Virus record (IMG/VR): IMGVR_UViG_3300023218_000040
Coordinates: 128,001-192,000 of that record
DNA length: 64,000 nt
Strand: one strand, 5' to 3'
From: a virus
Lineage: Duplodnaviria > Caudoviricetes
Shown here: positions 27,849 to 37,788 of the stretch, one piece after another
How positions within the stretch are numbered: the first letter of the stretch is position 1
Layout: every line of letters begins with the position of its first letter
Program-made: the position numbers and the translations under genes
Notes under the pieces: generated by a model
Databases searched by the model: none
Told to the model about the DNA's origin: nothing
What the model saw: only the letters and a program-made list of their open reading frames with translations

Positions 27849-29324
27849 ATGGTATACCCAATGGCAATGTCTGGCAGTATCGTGGACTCTCGGGGCAACC
27901 CGTTCTTCGGAGCGGGTAGCCCCGGCACTCCCGATGATGTCCACAAGTTCCAGGCGAAGCTCGCCAACCGAATGGGTAAGGCGTATCGCAAGGACGACTT
28001 CAAGGATGAGGATGCCTACAACGAGATGATCGTGGCAAAGGCCAGGATGCTCAAGGATCTGCCTTTCTGGGGCATCCTGGCCTTGACGGTCAAGCTGGTG
28101 GAAGTGGATGAGATCCCAACACTGGCAACGGACGGCATTCACGTTTACTACAATGCCGAGTTCGTGAAGAAGCTCACCCGTGGCGAGCGTGTGTTCGCCA
28201 TGGCCCACGAGATCTATCACTGTCTGTACGAACATGCAGGCAAGAACACTCGTGCCATGTCATACATTGGCTTCAATCCCAGTGAGCGTGACCCGGCAAA
28301 AGTCGCTGACATTCGAGATAAACTGGCACTGTGGAACTACGCTGCGGACTTCATCGTGAATGATGGTCTGGTGGAGGCACGTGTCGGTGAGTTCATCAAA
28401 TCCATCGGAATCCTTCACGATGAGAAGTTTCGTGGATGGGCAGTGGAGGAGGTCTATGAACACCTTCAGCAGAACCCGAATGAGGTACCGAAGAACGCTC
28501 AGACGATGGACACACATATCGAAGTTGAGGTCGTGCCTGATGATGAGATGGGCGAAGGTGACGGTGAACAGCCGCAGCCGGGTGATGGCAATGGTCCCAT
28601 GAAGGTGCGAATCAAGCAGTCCGATTTCGAGAAGATGCAGAAAGACTGGCAAGACAACATGGTTTCGGCTGCGGCGGCTCAGAGGGAGCACGAGCAGCGC
28701 ACTCGTTCCGCCGGTTGCATCCCGACCGGAGTACAGAGGCTCATCGATCAGCTTTCCAAGCCGAAAGTGGACTGGAAGCGTGCGCTGCGCCGCTACGTGA
28801 TGGCGGTGACGCATCATCGCTACAGCTTCAGCCGTCCGAACAAGTCTCTGTTTAGTAACGGCTGGACTCTACCTGGGTTCCGTGATCGAGTGCATGAGCT
28901 TGATATCGTGGTCATGGTGGATACCAGTGGGTCCATCGGTCAGGAAGAATTGACAGCATTCGTGTCCGAACTTCAGGGTATCATGAATTCATGGAAGCGA
29001 TACAAGATTCACGCATGGTGCTTTGACGGCGCTGTCATCGAGGACAGCAAGGTCGAATTGGTCAAAGGCAGCCATGGTGCCTGGGACGACGTGAAGAAGT
29101 TCGCAGAGCGCATTGGTGGTGGCGGCGGTACTAACTTCGAAGTCAATTGGGATTATATGAAGGAGAACCGCATCAAGCCTCGGCTGGCTCTAATGCTCAC
29201 GGACGGCATGCCGTTCGGTAGCTGGGGTGACGTGAGCTACTGCCCGACTATGTACATGATTATCGGGAATCCCCGAGCCGAGGGTCCGAAGGGTGCAATC
29301 ACTATGCACTACGAGGATGCCTAA
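27849..29324 (+). CDS. Metallopeptidase-like (HExxH) plus VWA domain protein (DUF2201-like)
   Basis: TLATDG..YYN, AHEIYH, WNYAAD, VDTSGS MIDAS, GGGGTNF, LTDG. Confidence 0.85.
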   Translation: MVYPMAMSGSIVDSRGNPFFGAGSPGTPDDVHKFQAKLANRMGKAYRKDDFKDEDAYNEMIVAKARMLKDLPFWGILALTVKLVEVDEIPTLATDGIHVYYNAEFVKKLTRGERVFAMAHEIYHCLYEHAGKNTRAMSYIGFNPSERDPAKVADIRDKLALWNYAADFIVNDGLVEARVGEFIKSIGILHDEKFRGWAVEEVYEHLQQNPNEVPKNAQTMDTHIEVEVVPDDEMGEGDGEQPQPGDGNGPMKVRIKQSDFEKMQKDWQDNMVSAAAAQREHEQRTRSAGCIPTGVQRLIDQLSKPKVDWKRALRRYVMAVTHHRYSFSRPNKSLFSNGWTLPGFRDRVHELDIVVMVDTSGSIGQEELTAFVSELQGIMNSWKRYKIHAWCFDGAVIEDSKVELVKGSHGAWDDVKKFAERIGGGGGTNFEVNWDYMKENRIKPRLALMLTDGMPFGSWGDVSYCPTMYMIIGNPRAEGPKGAITMHYEDA

Positions 29325-30295
29325 TGTTTGCCAAAGGCGCATCTGCTATTACGCATGAGCTAGGCAAAGCCCGCATCACTGATCACGGACTGTACATGGA
29401 AGTACTGTTCCGTGATCGTGAGTTAATTGGTGACGTTATGGGGATAGGCGTCAGTACTGGTTTTCCCAAGCCAGTGAAGTTTGTAACCATCAAGAATTCC
29501 CCAACATCATACAGAATAGAATGGTGGACAAGAGGCAAGTGCCACAATCCCTTTGGCGGTCCATCTGTATACGTCCAATCACTAACGAATTTGAATGAGT
29601 ATTACACTCAGCCAAATGGGACATATGGGAGGGACAACGGCCCCTGTATAATCGAACATCAGTATGGTGTTTCATATCGAGAAGAATGGGCAAACAAGCA
29701 TGGCAAATTACATAGAGTTGGTGGTTCGTGCTATACCAATATTCGGTACGAAAAGGCGAACACCGAATTTGGTGAGTATCTGAAACATGTAGGTCATGAT
29801 CCGGAATTCATAATGTACATGCCGCCGATCACCAAGATTGATATCCTTCGTGATCAGACTTTCGAATGGAAACAGAATGGACAGTTCGTGGACAGCGATG
29901 ATCATTGGAGCCAACAAAGCGATCACAATGTTGCTGAAAGCATCCAAGTAACACCGGATCTTGATATTATTAAGACTTCAATAGTTGGCTCTCGTGAACT
30001 TCGTTGGTACAATTCCAATGGTGAACTAAATCGGTTGAACGGTCCTGCTGTGATCAAGTTCACTAATGTCAAGGAAGTATCTAAGAACGATAAATCCATG
30101 CCATGGCAATTCTCCGCCTGGAGAACCGAGTGGTTTATTAACGGAAAATTCATACCGTTTCTCAGAATAAACGATTGGGTGAAACGTAATGGGTTTCGAA
30201 TTAACAACCATCCATGTCATGACCGTAGAGCTTTCACTACGGATGAAGCTGAAGTTTGTTTCCTGGCTGATTTCGTGGGTGGTCATCCAAACTGA
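29324..30295 (+). CDS. Hypothetical protein with GxLHRxxGP-like repeats
   Basis: GRDNGPC, GKLHRVGG, GELNRLNGPA. Confidence 0.55.
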   Translation: MFAKGASAITHELGKARITDHGLYMEVLFRDRELIGDVMGIGVSTGFPKPVKFVTIKNSPTSYRIEWWTRGKCHNPFGGPSVYVQSLTNLNEYYTQPNGTYGRDNGPCIIEHQYGVSYREEWANKHGKLHRVGGSCYTNIRYEKANTEFGEYLKHVGHDPEFIMYMPPITKIDILRDQTFEWKQNGQFVDSDDHWSQQSDHNVAESIQVTPDLDIIKTSIVGSRELRWYNSNGELNRLNGPAVIKFTNVKEVSKNDKSMPWQFSAWRTEWFINGKFIPFLRINDWVKRNGFRINNHPCHDRRAFTTDEAEVCFLADFVGGHPN

Positions 30296-30918
30296 CTTTT
30301 CAGTTCTCTGGCAATCGCTGCGTTATTGAACGGCAACACACGCAGGGTTCGATTCAAATGCTTGCACACGATACCACGCTCGCCTGGATTTCTAATGCGT
30401 GGATATCTCTCTTCCGGATAGATCGCAGCATCTAGTACAGTACAAATGTACTGATATCCCCAATACAAAAATGATGGACATGTGCAGTGAAGTCTAATAT
30501 TCCCGACCCACAGCAATAAACGTGCTCTTTCATTGTAATCAAAATCGGGGTCAGAGCCGATATTATCCCATTCTTCAAACATGAAGCTGTTAATGTAGTT
30601 GATACGGTTCTTCTCGAACTCGGATGATGGTACCCGAAAGTTCATCGTGTTTCTTGGCTTGAAACCAATAAAGAATGCTCCCTGAAGTTCATCAGACCGA
30701 ATTTTCTGATTTAAGAATCCACCATCGATTTGCTGAGCCAACTGCTTGTACGTTGCTTCGTTGATCTGAGCAACTTCAGGCATAGACACCTGGACGTATG
30801 GAGAGAAATGCTCACATACATCACGCTCACTATTCCAATTAAGGGATCCCAGGCCATGTTCATGATCTTGGAATCCCCATTGGTATGTTGGCTCTTTCCT
30901 CAGTTCACCAAGGTTCAT
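30283..30918 (-). CDS. SWIM-like zinc-finger hypothetical protein
   Basis: CTCPSFLYWG ... CKH. Confidence 0.55.
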   Translation of the reverse strand: MNLGELRKEPTYQWGFQDHEHGLGSLNWNSERDVCEHFSPYVQVSMPEVAQINEATYKQLAQQIDGGFLNQKIRSDELQGAFFIGFKPRNTMNFRVPSSEFEKNRINYINSFMFEEWDNIGSDPDFDYNERARLLLWVGNIRLHCTCPSFLYWGYQYICTVLDAAIYPEERYPRIRNPGERGIVCKHLNRTLRVLPFNNAAIARELKSQFG

Positions 30919-30921
30919 ACT

Positions 30922-31449
30922 TTATACCGGCAGTCTGAAAGATTCCGCTCTACGTAGCCACCCCTTCAAGAACACTTTCTGGGATGGGTTGCCACTCACA
31001 ATGGCAAGATAGAACTTGATACGTTCTTCGACTAAAGCATTCTGTAGGTAGTTACCCATTTCAGCCTGTGCTTTTTCGCATGCACTGATAGTTTTGGGAC
31101 CAATTACGCCGTCTGGATGACCGGATGGGAAACCCGCTTGGTTCAAGATCTTCTGTAACATTTTGATAGCACGACGTGGCCCACTGTTTACACCAATATC
31201 AAATACCTTGATACCAGGGTTAGGCCAAGGTAGCTTATCAATCTTAGGACCGGTCAGGTACTTCTGACTGTAAATGGAACGAGCCTCTTCCTCAGTCATG
31301 TCACGCACTTCGTTAACCGAAACTGCGTATCCACGCCACTGAGAAAGAGTGTCCTGGGTGATACCGAAGTTCGTTGGACCGCCCCTATCGACCGAATTAT
31401 TAACAAAGCCCCCTTCATGTTCTAATATGATGTCTATTGGATTTTTCAT
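30922..31449 (-). CDS. Glycoside hydrolase family 108 lysozyme with peptidoglycan-binding domain
   Basis: HEGGFVN..DRGG.TNFGIT, FD.GVNSGP..A...LQ, DG.IGP.T, FL.GW..R. Confidence 0.9.
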   Translation of the reverse strand: MKNPIDIILEHEGGFVNNSVDRGGPTNFGITQDTLSQWRGYAVSVNEVRDMTEEEARSIYSQKYLTGPKIDKLPWPNPGIKVFDIGVNSGPRRAIKMLQKILNQAGFPSGHPDGVIGPKTISACEKAQAEMGNYLQNALVEERIKFYLAIVSGNPSQKVFLKGWLRRAESFRLPV

Positions 31450-31473
31450 GTAACCGCCCCTATATCAGTAAAT

Positions 31474-33378
31474 ATGATGAACTATCTACGTAGGAGTATT
31501 TATAGGATGGGTGGCAAGGCGTTTACATTGGAAGTTTTTTTGGAGAGAGCTAGAAAAATACATGGACTAACATATGATTACGGTTTGGTTAATTTTTCTT
31601 CCAGATTAGAAAAGGTATGCATTAAGTGTCCTATTCATGGAATTTTTGAACAAACTCCTGCAATGCACGTTCATTCTACTAAAGCAACTGGATGCCCAGA
31701 GTGTGGCAAAAATAGATTAAAGGAAGACAAGAAAGACTGGTGTTTGGATGAGATAAAAGAGTCTGCCAGATTAGTTCACGGTGACAAGTATGAATATCTT
31801 TCCATTATCAGGTCATCGCAGAAGCGTTTATTGATTAGATGCAAGAAACACGGAGAATTCGAGCAAACGGTACATTCTCACTTAAAGGGGCACGGTTGTT
31901 TCAAATGCAGTAGAGCTAAGGTATCTGAGAAGTTGAAGGATTCTTATTTAGATATCATTAAGAAAGCCAGACTTGTGCATGGAACAATATTTGATTACCT
32001 GTCTTACGATAGAACTACTGGAAAATTGCTTTTGGTTTGCAAGAAGCACGGTAAATTTCAGCAAAACAAAGGAGATCATCTGAACGGAGCAGGATGTCCG
32101 GAATGCGCCAAAATCAAAAAATCAAGCGCACATAAGAAATCATACGAAGAGCTAATTGAACGGTTTAATACCATTCATGATGGCAAATATGAGTATGGAT
32201 ATTTTGATGATGTATTATCCAAGGATGTAATCGATATCGTTTGTAAAACACACGGAACATTTCAACAAACCGTGAAATATCATTTACAAGGTCAAGGGTG
32301 TCCTAGGTGTGCTGGCAAGTACATGACCACGAATGATTTTATTGAAAAATCAAAACAGGTTCATGGAACAAAGTATGATTATTCTCTTGCGTCATACACT
32401 AAATCTACAGAAAGGGTAAAAATCATTTGTAAGAACCATGGAGAATTCTGGAGAACTCCGGGACAACACCTTTATAATAAAGCTGGTTGCCCAACCTGTA
32501 TGCGCAAAGGCGCAGAAAAGGAGATATCTCTGTTTTTAATGGAATACGGCATACAGTTCAAAAGGAATAGTAGAAAGATTGTACCTCCATATGAATTGGA
32601 CATTTATATACCGAAAAAGAAAATAGCCATAGAGTTTAATGGACTGTGGTGGCATACCGAGACTTTTGGTAAAAAATCCCGCACTTACCATTTGAACAAA
32701 ACTGAGTTATGCAGAAAAAAAGGCATCAGGTTGATTCATATATTTGAAGACGAATGGGTGTTCAAGAAGGAGATATGCAAAAGCAGATTATTAAACCTAT
32801 TAGGATTGTCGGTTCGTGGTGCTGGTGCGAGGAAACATGATATCAAGAGAATAGAATGGAAAGAAGCTAGCAAATTCCTGGAGGCGTATCATTTACAAAG
32901 TAAAGGGACCAGCGGCGGCATCAATTATGGTTCTTATTTGGATGGTCAACTAGTATCCGTCATGACCTTCGGAAAAAGACGATTAGCATTGGGAGTCTCC
33001 AAGGATACGACGGGTTCTTATGAGTTATTGCGCTTTGCTAGCAATGGGATTGTGTACCCTGGTATAGCATCCCGGTTATTATTCCGATTCATCACAGAAC
33101 ATGAAGTAACATCGATAGTCAGTTATTCCGACAACAGGTGGAGCGACGGAAATCTATATCAAAAATTGGGATTCATTTACTCACATGAATCACCACCTAG
33201 TTACTTCTATGTCAAACAACACGACCATGAACGGTTTCATCGTTTCAATTTCAGAAAGCAAATCGTGGTCGAAAAGTTAGGCGGGAACCCTGCGCTCACA
33301 GAATACCAAAATATGCTCAACTTTGGCTACGACAGAATATGGGACTGCGGAACTAAAGTCTGGGTATACACCCAATGA
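31474..33378 (+). CDS. Hef-like free-standing homing endonuclease (five zinc-ribbon repeats, PD-(D/E)xK domain, GNAT-like C-terminus)
   Basis: Five HG..YDY...C..HG.F.Q....H..G.GCP.C units; ELDIYIP..KIAIEFNG.WWH; ELLRF...ASRLL..SYSD.RWS.G.LY..LGF; AT-rich. Confidence 0.75.
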   Translation: MMNYLRRSIYRMGGKAFTLEVFLERARKIHGLTYDYGLVNFSSRLEKVCIKCPIHGIFEQTPAMHVHSTKATGCPECGKNRLKEDKKDWCLDEIKESARLVHGDKYEYLSIIRSSQKRLLIRCKKHGEFEQTVHSHLKGHGCFKCSRAKVSEKLKDSYLDIIKKARLVHGTIFDYLSYDRTTGKLLLVCKKHGKFQQNKGDHLNGAGCPECAKIKKSSAHKKSYEELIERFNTIHDGKYEYGYFDDVLSKDVIDIVCKTHGTFQQTVKYHLQGQGCPRCAGKYMTTNDFIEKSKQVHGTKYDYSLASYTKSTERVKIICKNHGEFWRTPGQHLYNKAGCPTCMRKGAEKEISLFLMEYGIQFKRNSRKIVPPYELDIYIPKKKIAIEFNGLWWHTETFGKKSRTYHLNKTELCRKKGIRLIHIFEDEWVFKKEICKSRLLNLLGLSVRGAGARKHDIKRIEWKEASKFLEAYHLQSKGTSGGINYGSYLDGQLVSVMTFGKRRLALGVSKDTTGSYELLRFASNGIVYPGIASRLLFRFITEHEVTSIVSYSDNRWSDGNLYQKLGFIYSHESPPSYFYVKQHDHERFHRFNFRKQIVVEKLGGNPALTEYQNMLNFGYDRIWDCGTKVWVYTQ

Positions 33379-33562
33379 AATTTCATTATGCGCTCTGATG
33401 CACGGCTTTTTCTTGGAGAAAAAGTATACTGCAATTTGTTTTCAGAAACCCTTGACCAAGGTATGCTAGTCGTCTACATTGAGCACTCAACCCAATATCG
33501 GGTTTCCGAGGGTAGCCAAGAAGGCTACAATTTAGTAACTGTTAACAGGAGTAATTCCAACA

Positions 33563-34282
33563 ATGCGTAAGACAATTATCGCAACAATCGCCACCTTGGC
33601 GCTGTCCGGTCCCGCTCTGGCAGCAAACGACGGCGTGATCGGTGGTGCCGTGGGCGGTGCCCAGGTTTCCAGCGGTGCATATGCCTCTTCTTCCGGCAAC
33701 GGCTCGGCTTCCACCGTGACCGGTGGCTCGCAGACTGCCATTCATGGCTTCAGCGGCTCATCTGGGGCCTCTTTCATCCGCCGGGAAGGTGAGGTCAATC
33801 TGGGTGGTGTCGCTGGTGCTCATGGCAATGCCTACTCGCACACCAAGACGACTGGTTCCGGTGTTGCCGGTTCCGGCACCAATGGCAAGAGCTTCGCCGT
33901 GACCGGTGGTAACGGCTACTTCGATACCCACGGTAAGAACCCCGAGGGTAAGGCTGATGGCTTCGCCAAGGCGTTCAACCGTAACGAGGCAGGGTCGGCC
34001 TCTGTGTATTACGGCAAGGCTGGCAAGTGGAACGAGTCGGGTACGACCAGCACGTTCCGTGCGTCTGCATCGGGTAACCGTGACGGGCACGGAACGTACC
34101 GTCACCCACACGTCGATACCGTCGCAACCGAGGCGCAGGCTACTTCCGATTCCTACGAGAACGGTGGTAGTTACCGCCACGGCTACTCCACCCGTTCGGG
34201 TGGTGCGGATACATACGGAGCTGCTGGTGCCAAGGCGACTGCGAAAGTCGGTAACAGGTACCGCCACAGCCTAAGCCGATGA
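33563..34282 (+). CDS. Secreted Gly/Ser/Ala-rich protein
   Basis: CAGGAG RBS; Sec signal peptide MRKTIIATIATLALSGPALA. Confidence 0.75.
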   Translation: MRKTIIATIATLALSGPALAANDGVIGGAVGGAQVSSGAYASSSGNGSASTVTGGSQTAIHGFSGSSGASFIRREGEVNLGGVAGAHGNAYSHTKTTGSGVAGSGTNGKSFAVTGGNGYFDTHGKNPEGKADGFAKAFNRNEAGSASVYYGKAGKWNESGTTSTFRASASGNRDGHGTYRHPHVDTVATEAQATSDSYENGGSYRHGYSTRSGGADTYGAAGAKATAKVGNRYRHSLSR

Positions 34283-34289
34283 GGATCGG

Positions 34290-34311
34290 CGGGGAGGGAT
34301 TTCCCTCCCCG
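34290..34311 (+). other. Strong intercistronic hairpin
   Basis: CGGGGAGGG-ATTT-CCCTCCCCG without a U tract. Confidence 0.6.
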
Positions 34312-34351
34312 ACTCTCTCTAACTAACACACTCAAAAGGAGTAACAAACCA

Positions 34352-34996
34352 ATGAACGCAACTTTCAAGACAACCGCCGCTCTCGTCCTGGGTCTGGCTC
34401 TGACCGGTCCCGTGATGGCCAATGGCGGTGCGACCGCAGTGGTCGGTGGTGTTGGCGCAACCTCGCACTCCACTCAGGGCAACAGCCAGGGTGTCAACAT
34501 CACCACCAACAACGAGGCTGCTGATCTGGGCGATGCGGTTCCTACCGCCGTCGCTCCCGCCCTGACCACGACTCTCTCCGAGACGTGCATGGGCTCCACC
34601 AGCGCTGGAGCGTCGGGTTCGGGCTTCGGTCTGAGCTTCGGCTCCACCTGGACCGATGACGAGTGCGTACGTCGCCTGAACGCTCGTGAAGTCCGTTCGA
34701 TGGGCTTCGCTCTGGCTGCCAAGGAACTAATGTGCGACAACGACGACGTTCGTGCGGCTTTCGAGCGTACTGCCAAGATGACTGGTAACGCTGATCTGCT
34801 GTGCCAGTCCACGGCTGACACGCAGGAGAAGACCGCTGGTAAGATCGACACCAATCGTTACGTCGAGACCGAGAACACCAGTCGCATCGGTGGCGAGCGC
34901 AGCACCTTCGTCGCCAATACCAGGGTCGAGACCACCCAGGTGGCCGAGGTCGAAGAGGCTCCAGTGGTTCGTCGGAATTCAGCCGACCTTAACTAA
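34352..34996 (+). CDS. Secreted protein with Cys-containing core
   Basis: AAGGAG RBS; signal peptide ...LTGPVMA; TCMGS..G..FG.T..D.EC.R...AR...LMC...LC. Confidence 0.75.
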   Translation: MNATFKTTAALVLGLALTGPVMANGGATAVVGGVGATSHSTQGNSQGVNITTNNEAADLGDAVPTAVAPALTTTLSETCMGSTSAGASGSGFGLSFGSTWTDDECVRRLNAREVRSMGFALAAKELMCDNDDVRAAFERTAKMTGNADLLCQSTADTQEKTAGKIDTNRYVETENTSRIGGERSTFVANTRVETTQVAEVEEAPVVRRNSADLN

Positions 34997-35034
34997 TCCA
35001 CGACGACTCTAGTTGCCTTCCGGCGACTATCTTT

Positions 35035-35073
35035 GGGGGGCTCTTGGCTTCGGCTTTGAGCCCCCTTGTTTTT
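35035..35073 (+). terminator. Rho-independent terminator after the secreted-protein pair
   Basis: GGGGGCTC...GAGCCCCC followed by TTGTTTTT; coordinates approximate. Confidence 0.65.
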
Positions 35074-35122
35074 CCTGGCAAACATGGTATGATACATACT
35101 ATGACTGGCTAGGAGAAATTCC

Positions 35123-36028
35123 ATGAAATTTGATCTTATCAGTGATTTCCATGTCGAGATGAATACTCGATACGATGAGTCCCGGTTCTGGACCGAGGGC
35201 GAGCCAGAGCTTTACGCCTGGAACAAGGACAGCAAATCCGACGTACTGGTAATCGCTGGTGACTCTGCCAACCACCACGAGGACGCTCTGGCTGTAGTCT
35301 TCGAGGCTGCGAAGCATTACAAGCACGTCGTGTGGACCGATGGCAACCACGAGCACTACAGCAACTACATGAACGGTTGGAACGTGATGCATGACATGGA
35401 ATACTTCAACACCATGTGCAATCACCGCAACAAGATTGCTGATAATATCACGTACCTGAACGGCGAGCAGACGTGGCAGAAGGACGGTACGCTGTTCATT
35501 GGTGCCAACGGTTGGTACGACTTCAGTTTCGCTTATGGAATCCCCGAGAAGCAGCAAATGCAAAACTGGCGACAAAGATCTAATGACTCAGCATGCATCA
35601 GGTTCGGTAAGAAAAACCGTCCTGAAAAGCTTGCAGAGCGCCAGTCAAGACAGCTAACTGAACTGGTCCAGGAGGCTCAGGACGACGACACCGTGCAGGA
35701 GATCGTGGTGGTGACCCATACCCTTCCGATTGGTACTGCCTTCGGTCAGTTCAACAACCCGGCGCACCCGTTCTTTCCATTGAACGGTGCATACGGTAAT
35801 GCTTTCATGCGCTACGTGTGGGCTGCTGATAAGAAGGGCAAGATCAAGACGTGGTGCTTCGGTCACACACATGATCGCCGTGACTTCTTCGAGGAGGGAA
35901 TCCACTTCGTGTGTAACCCACGTGGTTACAGGGGTGAGAATAAGATGTCTGGTGGGTTCGGAGGTATCCTCCAGGTGGACACCGAGGAAGTTGAGATCCA
36001 GTCCGCATTCGGTGAAGTCGAGGCTTGA
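35123..36028 (+). CDS. Calcineurin-like metallophosphoesterase
   Basis: SDFH, IAGD, GNHEHY, THT, FGHTH, NPRGY. Confidence 0.88.
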   Translation: MKFDLISDFHVEMNTRYDESRFWTEGEPELYAWNKDSKSDVLVIAGDSANHHEDALAVVFEAAKHYKHVVWTDGNHEHYSNYMNGWNVMHDMEYFNTMCNHRNKIADNITYLNGEQTWQKDGTLFIGANGWYDFSFAYGIPEKQQMQNWRQRSNDSACIRFGKKNRPEKLAERQSRQLTELVQEAQDDDTVQEIVVVTHTLPIGTAFGQFNNPAHPFFPLNGAYGNAFMRYVWAADKKGKIKTWCFGHTHDRRDFFEEGIHFVCNPRGYRGENKMSGGFGGILQVDTEEVEIQSAFGEVEA

Positions 36029-36084
36029 TTTTTCCTTGCGAATATGGGATAATGCTCTCATCGGTTAAAGATGGAGAGCATCCT

Positions 36085-36402
36085 ATGAGCAGACGTGCCA
36101 CAATCGTGAACGACATTGCCGAGTCCCTTCTGGTCCTTGGTCTGAGCGAGGTCCACGGCATCATGACCGGTACGAACCATGGATACCACTACGCCGACTT
36201 CGGCACTGCCCACACCTTGGACGGTCAGGTTCGATACTACGACGACAAATTCGTCTGCGTGCAGTGGAAGACTGCCTACCGTGCGATGCCTCAGTACGGC
36301 AATCGGGTGTTCTCTAGCGTGGAAGATGCGCTTAAGTTCATCGAGCTTGCCTTCGTGAAGCACGAGTACGAGGCTGCATTCGAGGTTCCGATCAAGCCAT
36401 GA
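36085..36402 (+). CDS. Hypothetical protein
   Basis: GGAG RBS before ATG 36085. Confidence 0.6.
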   Translation: MSRRATIVNDIAESLLVLGLSEVHGIMTGTNHGYHYADFGTAHTLDGQVRYYDDKFVCVQWKTAYRAMPQYGNRVFSSVEDALKFIELAFVKHEYEAAFEVPIKP

Positions 36403-36459
36403 TCTTCATTGAGGAAGTAATGAGTGATTGACTTTTCGTGAGGAAAATGCGATACTACC

Positions 36460-36978
36460 GTGGACACGAACTGGAGAGACTACATGACCGTTAGCGGCTC
36501 CCGATACGTCGAGATTGACGAGACCGAGATGCGTGATCTTTTGGAGTCCGAGATGGGCTTCACCCAGGTTCGCATCGACGGAACCTATGAGCTTGTCTTC
36601 GAGCGTCAGGTGGAGACCAAGGGCGGCAAGACCTTCCCCTATAAGGTCCGTGTTTATTCCAGCATCTTCGGTGGTGCCTCTCGTGGTTGCGGAGAGGATG
36701 CCATTCGGGTCGTCCTGGTGGACATGGAGACCGACCGCCCCATGAAGATCATGGGTGAAGGCAAGAAGGGCAAGGCCGGTCGTCGTATTTATCGCACCAA
36801 GTCCGCTCTCACCAATTTGCGTGATCGTTGCCGTGACTACTTCCGCCACGTCATGTTGAATTCCTGCCCGAAGTGTGGTAAGGTGATGGCAATTCGCAAG
36901 GGTAAGAATGGAGACTTCCTGGGATGCACTGGATACCCCGAGTGCAACGGGACCAAGCAATTAAAGAACGCAGCATAA
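36460..36978 (+). CDS. Hypothetical protein with C-terminal topoisomerase-type C4 zinc finger
   Basis: CPKCG..M..R.GKNG.FLGC..YPEC; TTGACT-17-GATACT promoter just upstream. Confidence 0.75.
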   Translation: MDTNWRDYMTVSGSRYVEIDETEMRDLLESEMGFTQVRIDGTYELVFERQVETKGGKTFPYKVRVYSSIFGGASRGCGEDAIRVVLVDMETDRPMKIMGEGKKGKAGRRIYRTKSALTNLRDRCRDYFRHVMLNSCPKCGKVMAIRKGKNGDFLGCTGYPECNGTKQLKNAA

Positions 36979-37036
36979 AAATCATAACGGATTGGATACA
37001 GGAGAATATCAACCTACTGGCCGATGGAGAAGCAGC

Positions 37037-37234
37037 ATGAACGATTACGATTTTCAGGAAGACCTTCAGTCCGTGCTTCAGGGAGACGACTACGACTGCC
37101 TGTTCGGTAGAGGCAAAAGCATCGAGTCGGTCGTGACCTACGATGACGCTGGAGTCTTGACGAGGGACAGAGGTCTGGTGGTTCGCATGGGAGATGGTTC
37201 CGTGTTCATGATTACCATCGTGCAGGTGAAGTAA
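37037..37234 (+). CDS. Hypothetical protein
   Basis: GGAG RBS, ATG 37037. Confidence 0.55.
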   Translation: MNDYDFQEDLQSVLQGDDYDCLFGRGKSIESVVTYDDAGVLTRDRGLVVRMGDGSVFMITIVQVK

Positions 37235-37238
37235 ACCC

Positions 37239-37535
37239 GTGGCTAAGCTTACCGTCCCAACTCGTGCTATCGGCTTCAAGAAGGGCAAGCCGGGTAAGCG
37301 GAAGATGCCCAAGACCGGCAAGTACCATCTTTTGAAGCATGGTAATGATCCGAACGGTGAAGGTTTTACGGTGTGCAATGCGATTGTCTGGGGCGAGGAC
37401 AGGTTCCAACCTGACGAGCATGGTTTTCGCATCAACGGAAAGAGAGAGGAATCGTACGAGATTGTTGACATTTCATCCATCACTACCGAGAAGCTTTGCA
37501 AGAAGTGCCTCGGTCCAATGAAAGCAGAGGACTAA
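37239..37535 (+). CDS. Hypothetical basic protein
   Basis: GTG start, two Cys groups (C..., C..C). Confidence 0.5.
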   Translation: MAKLTVPTRAIGFKKGKPGKRKMPKTGKYHLLKHGNDPNGEGFTVCNAIVWGEDRFQPDEHGFRINGKREESYEIVDISSITTEKLCKKCLGPMKAED

Positions 37536-37539
37536 ACAC

Positions 37540-37788
37540 ATGAAGACCTTGATTCGAATGATTCGTGCCAATCCCAAGTTGGCCATTGCGGCTGCGTCCG
37601 CTGACGTTCTCCTGGGTAGCATCGCTGCCATCGTGGTGTATCTGGTTCTCAACGCCACGATGGCTCCAGTTCATATCCTGGGGATCCTGGTGCTGGCTGG
37701 AGTGTTCATCATCGGTATCGTCATGGTCGCCGCCGTCAAGGCCATGAAGAAAGCCATGATCTATGTTCCTCCGGTCGAGTCAGATTAA
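37540..37788 (+). CDS. Two-TM membrane protein
   Basis: GAGGA RBS; two hydrophobic helices. Confidence 0.65.
   Translation: MKTLIRMIRANPKLAIAAASADVLLGSIAAIVVYLVLNATMAPVHILGILVLAGVFIIGIVMVAAVKAMKKAMIYVPPVESD

Noticed and set aside
33487-33560. Riboswitch in the leader of the secreted-protein operon
   Set aside because: Only two small hairpins; no conserved aptamer motif recognised
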